A DNA stretch of 64,000 bases, taken from NCBI GenBank assembly GCA_002441305.1, contig DJVT01000003.1:39226-103225 (forward strand), read 5' to 3'. This DNA comes from Candidatus Omnitrophica bacterium UBA6249. Lineage in GTDB: Bacteria; Omnitrophota; Gorgyraeia; Gygaellales; Profunditerraquicolaceae. A program made the translations under genes and the position numbers. The notes under the pieces were generated by a model, which saw nothing but the letters and a program-made list of their open reading frames with translations, did not search any database and was not told the DNA's origin. Shown here in pieces: positions 56,825 to 62,510 of this stretch; position 1 is the first letter of the stretch, and each line of letters begins with the position of its first letter.

Positions 56825-57988
56825 TTATTCTATTTTTTGGCCGTCACTGCCGATAAAGATATTAAGATATTCGCGATATACGTAAGACTGCCCGTATTTA
56901 ATATCCTTGTCTTTGGGCGCCAATATGCCCTTTTCTATAAACCGGTTAATAACCGTCTGCGCTCCGGCACGCGTAAACCCTGTCCAATCCTTGACAAGTT
57001 TCACATTGACAATAGGCTGCGCGTATAATCTTGGCAAAACCATCACCGCGCTCTCCGAAGCCCTTTTACCCAGCGATTGTATCTTGGCCATATCCTTATC
57101 CCGCAAAACCGTAATCTTACCGACTATCTCTATAGCCTCATTTGCTATCTCGATAACCCCTTCAAGAAAAAACTCCACCCAGCTAGAGACATCTCCGTTG
57201 TGATATCCTTCGAGCTTTTCATAATATACTTTTTGATATTTTCTAAAATACGAGGATAAAAACAAAGCCGGTTTCTCCAAAAAACCTTCTTTCCATAAAT
57301 AAAACGGAATAAGCATCCGCCCTGTCCTGCCGTTGCCATCCAGAAACGGATGGATAGTTTCAAACTGAGCATGAAGCAGCCCGGCTTTTATCACCGTATG
57401 TGTAGCATCATCATTATGCATAAAATTTTCCAGATCGCCAAGCGCGCGCGTCATATCCTCAACCGGCGGCGGCACAAAACGCGCGTTATCCGGGCGTGTC
57501 CCGCCTATCCAGTTCTGGCTTCTTCGAAATTCTCCCGGATCCGAAAAATGTGTCTTCCTGGCGCCTTTCATTAACTGCTGATGCAGCTCGCGCATAAAAC
57601 GCAAGGTTATCGGGAAATTATCGGCAGTAACTCTTTTCATCCCATAATTGAGCGCTTTAATGTAATGCAGTATATCATCAACGTCCTCAGGGATATTGGC
57701 GCTCACCTTTACCTCAGCCTCAATGGCATCTACCATAGTCGCCATAGTGCCTTCAATCTGGCTGGAAGAAGCGGCATCTTTACGCAAATACATCAGAAGA
57801 AAGAAGTCTACGTCCGGCAGCAGTTTGGTTATACCATCAAGCTTGCCCAGCAAACGCGCCGCTTCTGTAGCTTTTTTTAAAATACCAGAAGAGAAATCAA
57901 ACCCCTCTTTCGGCGGAAAAGGATGCGGCACAAAGGCTTCGAAACCTTCCTTTTGACGCCTTTTTAGCCCTATTTCGATCAGTTTCAT
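56825..57988 (-). CDS. Fic-family protein (AMPylase-type) with autoinhibitory motif
   Basis: Fic motif HPFLDGNGRTGR, N-terminal SSQIEG matching the (S/T)xxxE(G/N) inhibitory helix, and a C-terminal wHTH-like tail. Confidence 0.9.
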   Translation of the reverse strand: MKLIEIGLKRRQKEGFEAFVPHPFPPKEGFDFSSGILKKATEAARLLGKLDGITKLLPDVDFFLLMYLRKDAASSSQIEGTMATMVDAIEAEVKVSANIPEDVDDILHYIKALNYGMKRVTADNFPITLRFMRELHQQLMKGARKTHFSDPGEFRRSQNWIGGTRPDNARFVPPPVEDMTRALGDLENFMHNDDATHTVIKAGLLHAQFETIHPFLDGNGRTGRMLIPFYLWKEGFLEKPALFLSSYFRKYQKVYYEKLEGYHNGDVSSWVEFFLEGVIEIANEAIEIVGKITVLRDKDMAKIQSLGKRASESAVMVLPRLYAQPIVNVKLVKDWTGFTRAGAQTVINRFIEKGILAPKDKDIKYGQSYVYREYLNIFIGSDGQKIE

Positions 57989-58012
57989 GTTTGTAACCTT
58001 TCATAGAATAGA

Positions 58013-58050
58013 TGTATACAAACTATACCACTTTGTATACATTATGTCAA
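58013..58050 (-). promoter_or_regulatory. near-consensus promoter of fic with a 10-bp inverted repeat bracketing the -10
   Basis: On the minus strand, TTGACA (58045-58050) is separated by 17 nt from TATAGT (58022-58027). The inverted repeat TGTATACAAA (58013-58022) / TTTGTATACA (58032-58041) brackets the -10. Confidence 0.55.
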
Positions 58051-58094
58051 GGATTAGATACAAGATACCTATTATACCTAAGGGGCATTTCTAT

Positions 58095-58124
58095 GGTAGA
58101 TGCCGGTCGCGACCGGCATCTACC
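58095..58124. repeat. 30-nt perfect palindrome
   Basis: GGTAGATGCCGGTCGCGACCGGCATCTACC is its own reverse complement. Confidence 0.95.
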
Positions 58125-58153
58125 AGGTTTTCTCAACCATCCCCTTTATTTCA

Positions 58154-58899
58154 TCACCGCGCCATCAACGCAAACACACCCCAACCCAGGTACTCACGCG
58201 TGTAAGTAGCGTAGCGCTCGGGTCCCGAGGTAAGTTCGGCTCGAACCTCTTTTGCCAGCTCATCGCCTGGATTGGCTTCAAGCCAGCGGCGCATGGTGAG
58301 CCATTTGGCCGCCTCGTATCTATCCCAACCGTCTTGGTTGGCCAAAACCATTTCCACGACATCGTAACCAAGTCGGCCAAAAGACGCCAGAAGTTCCGGA
58401 AGCATAAGGAAGTCAGAGATTGAGGTGGCAAGACACCCCTTGGCAACATCTTCTGTCGGCGGTAACTGCCGCCAGTAGGGCTCGCCGATGAGGATAATCC
58501 CTCCTTTACGCAGGCTCCGCGCCAGAAGCTCGATCGTGCCGGCAACTCCCCCGCCAATCCAGGCGGCGCCGACACAGGCTGCACATCGACCTTCTCGTCA
58601 GAGACATACCCGGCAGCATCGCCATGAATAAACTTTACTTTATCTGCAACGCCGAGTTCTACAGCGCGGAGTTTCGCTTGCTCGCTGAACAACTCACTCA
58701 TATCAACGCCGGTGCCGATGATTCCGTAATCACGTGCCCAAGTGCACAACATCTCCCCCGAGCCGCTGCCAAGGTCAAGCACTCTATCTCCTTTTTTCAG
58801 ACGCAGCGCCGCGCCCAGAGTAGCGAACTTTTCCGGCGTAAACGGATTGTGAATGCGATGAGCGCTTTCAGTAATATTAAATATACGTGGAATGTCCAT
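58154..58899 (-). pseudogene. class I SAM-dependent methyltransferase interrupted by a single frameshift
   Basis: The N-terminal frame carries VLDLGSGSGEM up to ...DEKVDV. The sensible continuation AACVGAAWIGGGVAGTIELLARSLRKGGIILIGEPYWRQLPP...MLPELLASFGRLGYDVVEM... is in another frame. The switch lies near 58575-58590. Confidence 0.75.
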
Positions 58900-59049
58900 T
58901 GCAAAAATCTCCTTTTCTTAAAACTAATGGGTCTCTACTTAATCGTATTTACGCGCATAGTTCTCAAATAATGACTCATACCATTGCCTCATATTTATTC
59001 TTTTGTCCGTACTGACTAACCCCAGCAAACTACCCATATCTTATTAAAT

Positions 59050-59307
59050 CTATAAAAAAGTCTTAACTAAAAGTACAACTGTTAAGATTAACATTACCCA
59101 AGTCAATCCTTTGATCGTTTTTGTTAATTTTATCATCGCTTCATTTTGTTGCTGAGTTATTTTAGCAGATCTACAATTTAAAATAGCTTTTGCCACTTCT
59201 CTATTTCTTTCAGCTAGAGGTTCTCCAGACCCCATAAAACACTGCTTCAGAATATATTCTATTAACTCTTCATCAGTTTTTTTGTTTAATTCATCTAGAT
59301 ACGACAT
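59050..59307 (-). CDS. small tail-anchored membrane protein, unknown function
   Basis: Start chosen at the ATG preceded by GAAGGAGAGAA. The 85-aa product is MSYLDELNKK...KGLTWVMLILTVVLLVKTFL with a single C-terminal TM. The gene is AT-rich. Confidence 0.5.
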   Translation of the reverse strand: MSYLDELNKKTDEELIEYILKQCFMGSGEPLAERNREVAKAILNCRSAKITQQQNEAMIKLTKTIKGLTWVMLILTVVLLVKTFL

Positions 59308-59388
59308 TTCTCTCCTTCTCATGCAGCAATCACAAATTAGCAACAATAATCTTATAGGCGCTTCTTGGGTTTTGTTTCCTCGGAGTAA

Positions 59389-59502
59389 CATGGTAGGTGC
59401 AGATCGTAACCCGATATTTCATTGTAATCTGGTAGGTGTCGGTCGCGACCGACACCTACCAGGTGATGATTAGATCGTGAATTGCGACCTGCACCTACCA
59501 TG
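59389..59502. repeat. nested palindromes: a 30-nt perfect palindrome inside a split copy of the same family
   Basis: The inner unit is GGTAGGTGTCGGTCGCGACCGACACCTACC (59431-59460). The outer arms CATGGTAGGTGCAG (59389-59402) and CTGCACCTACCATG (59489-59502) are perfectly complementary. AGATCGT(A/G)A is repeated at 59401-59409 and 59472-59480. Confidence 0.9.
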
Positions 59503-59525
59503 GTTTTTTCTTTCCAATCGCCCCC

Positions 59526-60023
59526 TTAAAATAAATTCTCTACTACCCAACCACAATTCAAACATTCTCTATAGTCTTCTTTTTGAATAGTTTTGCAAAA
59601 CGGACAGACCCATTCTCCATTTCTAATTTCAAGCAAATCTCTTTTTTTAAATTCAAATAATGCTTTTGCAAAAACACTCTTTACAGAAAACCCCTCCTTA
59701 GACCAATGATTAACAAAATCCTTAACTTTCCTATTGTTAAAGAAAACCGACCAATAAAATTCTTCTTTTTTACTTATTCCCTTTATATATATGAAAACGA
59801 AACTCCACACAAAAATAAGGAATAATATACAAAGCAAAATATTAAAATGGCTAACGAACACTAGTATTAAAAAACTAACAATGATTGATCTGAAATAGCA
59901 CGTCATCTTTTTATCTAAGAAATTAGAAAGATCATAAAGTACACTATCCTTATAGAAAATACCAAGAGATTTTAAACTTATAATTTTGATATTTATATCC
60001 CCTTGCCAAATATCGCTTGCCAT
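59526..60023 (-). CDS. two-TM membrane protein with C-terminal zinc-ribbon, unknown function
   Basis: GGAG RBS. The hydrophobic stretch FRSIIVSFLILVFVSHFNILLCILFLIFVWSFVFIYI is followed by the C-terminal CPFC...CLNC. The gene is AT-rich. Confidence 0.55.
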   Translation of the reverse strand: MASDIWQGDINIKIISLKSLGIFYKDSVLYDLSNFLDKKMTCYFRSIIVSFLILVFVSHFNILLCILFLIFVWSFVFIYIKGISKKEEFYWSVFFNNRKVKDFVNHWSKEGFSVKSVFAKALFEFKKRDLLEIRNGEWVCPFCKTIQKEDYRECLNCGWVVENLF

Positions 60024-60076
60024 TTTCCATCTCCGAACTCACTGGTGTCCTAAATCGAATAATCTAAAAACATATA

Positions 60077-60120
60077 TATACTTTCTTCTTCCTCGACCGC
60101 ATTTACTTAAACCCCAGAGA
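60077..60120. repeat. intergenic ~44-nt direct repeat, copy A
   Basis: TATACTTTCTTCTTCCTCGACCGCATTTACTTAAACCCCAGAGA matches copy B at 32 of the first 39 positions (ungapped, counted by hand). Confidence 0.8.
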
Positions 60121-60124
60121 ACAT

Positions 60125-60159
60125 CACTTATTTTAAAAAATAGAACCGTCCCCTTTATT
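60125..60159. repeat. 35-nt direct repeat shared with 56795-56829
   Basis: CACTTATTTTAAAAAATAGAACCGTCCCCTTTATT versus TACTTAGTTTAAGAAAATAGAGCCGTCCCTTTATT. Both abut or overlap a gene stop codon. Confidence 0.75.
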
Positions 60160-60160
60160 T

Positions 60161-60832
60161 TTAATGTTCCAATAAAGGGATATAGAACTTTCCATGACGC
60201 CCTTCATGCCGAGATAATAGTCGGCAACTCTTTAACAAAGAAATAATCTTAGCGAATCGACAAGCCGTTCCGCTCATTAATGCCCTAATTTGCTGTTCTC
60301 CTTGTGGCCCATGATCTCGAATATTTTGTAAAATCAACAAACCGATTTGTCGATACCTTTCTGGCGCTCCAGTAACTTCACATTTACCATTAAATATCTG
60401 GAAATCAGCTCCATAAGGAATCTTTAACAATTCATTTCTTACATGTGTTTCTAAATCTCCGATATGTATATAATTCTTTCTAGATAAATGTCCAATATCA
60501 GTCAATAACCAACCAGGAATTTTACCTCTAGATCTTCTATTTCTAAAGGTTATAAAAATTGAACTGGATGGTTTAATCGAGAGGGCATATCCTAATTCAA
60601 GGACTACATTAGGCCTAAAACCAGTTACGTCAAAAACACAAGCTGATGAATTTTCTATGTTTTCCTTGATTAATTCCCATATATCTTCTGCAGGTTGTCC
60701 AATACGTTTATCTATTATTACACATAAAAGGGGTGTATCTTTTTCTATCCTTTTCTTAAGATTATCAAACTGCCGCTTGATCTTTTTGTCATTATAATTA
60801 CACCCTAGAAATATTCGATTACGATCAATCAT
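60161..60832 (-). CDS. unknown protein: N-terminal TIR/nucleoside-2-deoxyribosyltransferase-like Rossmannoid domain plus C-terminal wHTH-like domain
   Basis: GGAG RBS. RIFLGCNYND...SSACVFDVTGFRPNVVLELGYALS resembles the D-x-T/G...N-V..E-x-G-x-A signature of NDT/TIR-like domains. The C-terminus GEQQIRALMSGTACRFAKIISLLKSCRLLSRHEGRHGKFY is wHTH-like. The gene is AT-rich. Confidence 0.45.
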   Translation of the reverse strand: MIDRNRIFLGCNYNDKKIKRQFDNLKKRIEKDTPLLCVIIDKRIGQPAEDIWELIKENIENSSACVFDVTGFRPNVVLELGYALSIKPSSSIFITFRNRRSRGKIPGWLLTDIGHLSRKNYIHIGDLETHVRNELLKIPYGADFQIFNGKCEVTGAPERYRQIGLLILQNIRDHGPQGEQQIRALMSGTACRFAKIISLLKSCRLLSRHEGRHGKFYIPLLEH

Positions 60833-60896
60833 TTATACTCCTTTTTTTTAAAAAATCTCCACCCTTGACAAAATTCTTAAAACCTAGAGACCCTTG

Positions 60897-60940
60897 TATA
60901 GTTTCTGCTTCCTCGGCCGTAGCGACTTAAACCCCGAGAG
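60897..60940. repeat. intergenic ~44-nt direct repeat, copy B
   Basis: The sequence is TATAGTTTCTGCTTCCTCGGCCGTAGCGACTTAAACCCCGAGAG, in the same orientation as copy A and 820 nt from it. Confidence 0.8.
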
Positions 60941-60953
60941 CGTTCTTTAAGTA

Positions 60954-61781
60954 TTATAAGAATATATCAGCTATCTTTAAATCTCGTACCAATTCAACAG
61001 TTTTATTGTTATACTTAATCAAAAATCTTTGGGTATCGTTTATATCTAATGTATTTTGAGGAAAACCGAAGTAAAATGAAGATTTGATGTTATCCTTGTT
61101 ATAAAATTGCTCTCTTGAAATAGAGCATCGCACTCCGATAGCATTCCCTAAATCACTTCTCCTAAAATGCGGGACTGCTTGATGTTTTAATCGATTCGCC
61201 TGATACTTAAACCTTAAATCCTTATTCAAGTTCTGTAATCCAACATACTTCTTTATTAAATCAGAGGAGAGACTCCCATTAAGCCATTTCTTAAATTCTT
61301 CAAATTTTATTTTACTAATAATCTCTCGAAGAGCCGTTTCCCATTCCTCTTCTTTAAGTTGGAATTTATTTAACACCTCATCTATTTTTTGTTTTGGGAA
61401 ATTACCGATAAGATCACTATAACTAGAATAAGCAACCCTAATCAACAACTTCAAATAATCAAAGCTAGCGTTGTAATAAACAATCGAATTCATAAGATAA
61501 TTACTTACTAATAATTCTTTAGCATTAGAATCATCACTTGAAAAAACAGTTCGACTAATTTTCTTCACTACAGATTCGGCAGATAATATTAAATTCATGC
61601 TCGCCAATTCTAAAACTGCTTTTGTATCTGCGTATTGATTAACAATAAGCACCCTATGGTTATCGTTCACCTCTCGATTCTTAAATAGCTTAACAGTAAG
61701 AGCTTGCGTTACAGATATATCCTCAAGCTTATCTAACCGCCAATTAATGTTGTCCTTTTCCGAAGCTATAAAATCAGCCAT
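60954..61781 (-). CDS. unknown helical protein, possibly HEPN-like
   Basis: 275 aa, AT-rich. YYNASFDYLKLLI and KYQANRLKHQ are reminiscent of N-x-x-K-H type HEPN families. This is weak, motif-level evidence only. Confidence 0.35.
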   Translation of the reverse strand: MADFIASEKDNINWRLDKLEDISVTQALTVKLFKNREVNDNHRVLIVNQYADTKAVLELASMNLILSAESVVKKISRTVFSSDDSNAKELLVSNYLMNSIVYYNASFDYLKLLIRVAYSSYSDLIGNFPKQKIDEVLNKFQLKEEEWETALREIISKIKFEEFKKWLNGSLSSDLIKKYVGLQNLNKDLRFKYQANRLKHQAVPHFRRSDLGNAIGVRCSISREQFYNKDNIKSSFYFGFPQNTLDINDTQRFLIKYNNKTVELVRDLKIADIFL

Positions 61782-61805
61782 CGCCCTTTTCTCATTGACT
61801 TTACC

Positions 61806-61967
61806 TTAATTCTTCTTATATTCCAACCCCTCCACCACTGCTTTAAACTCTTCCAACGCAGATTCCAGATCTTTAACAATATCTTCAGCGATTTCATCTG
61901 GATCAGGCAAGTTCTCCAGGTCTTCAAGTGAGTACTCTTTCAACCAGAAGGTGTCTCGAGTCGACAA
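61806..61967 (-). CDS. 53-aa acidic helical small ORF (possible gene remnant or small partner protein)
   Basis: Not in the track because it is under 60 aa. A TTG start at 61967 gives LSTRDTFWLKEYSLEDLENLPDPDEIAEDIVKDLESALEEFKAVVEGLEYKKN, with the stop at 61806. Confidence 0.25.
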   Translation of the reverse strand: MSTRDTFWLKEYSLEDLENLPDPDEIAEDIVKDLESALEEFKAVVEGLEYKKN

Positions 61968-62021
61968 TTATAATAGATTTCGTGCCCTTTATTAGCAGCC
62001 ACGGCGTAGTAATATAAAATG

Positions 62022-62510
62022 TTACGATGCTGGTCCACTTAATTTTTTATCAATCCTCTCAACTCCTTTAGCAGTCAAAATCTCCCCATTGAGTTGTAAT
62101 ATGTTTCCGTTTTGATGGGGACTAAAAGGAGCATACATAGCTATCAAACAATGCGGGATTTTATACGCTTCAAGCACTGAAAACTCACTATTGAAAATAA
62201 CACCAATCAAAAAATCGAATTCCTTCTTTTTAAGATTTCGAATAACTCCCAACTGGCGGGATTTGGTTACATCGCTTAATCGTCTAGATTTAATCTGATA
62301 CCGTACCCCTTTGGCATCAATAGCATCAAACCCCGCGTTTGAGCTCGTCTGGATAGAAAGTCCCAACTTTTCCGCAACCAACCACTCCGCATAATCGGCT
62401 ACGGGATTATTCCGCGTCTTAACAACACCGCGATCCTTGAGCTCATCCAAAACAGCGCCAAACGTGATCAACAGCTGACGAACTGATAGTTTCTTAAAAT
62501 TACCGATCAT
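62022..62510 (-). CDS. PD-(D/E)xK-like protein translationally coupled to hsdR
   Basis: Start trimmed to [14 protein letters not shown], whose ATG (62510-62508) overlaps the hsdR TGA (62509-62507) as [22 protein letters not shown] fits a D...(E/Q)xK nuclease-like core. Confidence 0.45.
   Translation of the reverse strand: MIGNFKKLSVRQLLITFGAVLDELKDRGVVKTRNNPVADYAEWLVAEKLGLSIQTSSNAGFDAIDAKGVRYQIKSRRLSDVTKSRQLGVIRNLKKKEFDFLIGVIFNSEFSVLEAYKIPHCLIAMYAPFSPHQNGNILQLNGEILTAKGVERIDKKLSGPAS

Noticed and set aside
58095-59502. The 30-nt palindromes as ordinary rho-independent terminators, or a plus-strand sRNA ending at the T-run after 59502.
   Set aside because: On the coding (minus) strand none is followed by a U-tract. 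The only T-run (TGGTTTTTTCTTTCC after 59502) is on the plus strand, where I find no promoter or gene. They are therefore kept as repeats of unknown function rather than annotated as terminators or an ncRNA.
60077-60940. The possibility that the about 44-nt repeats are a CRISPR array.
   Set aside because: There are only two good copies, they are 820 nt apart, they are separated by a protein-coding gene with an RBS, they are only about 80% identical, and no cas genes are present.
59011-61993. The possibility that the AT-rich genes are integron cassettes with attC sites.
   Set aside because: I could not find RYYYAAC/GTTRRRY core sites or the imperfect attC palindrome in the junction repeats. 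The closest sequence, GTTTAAG, violates the purine positions. No intI-like integrase is in the window. The idea cannot be fully excluded without the flanking sequence.
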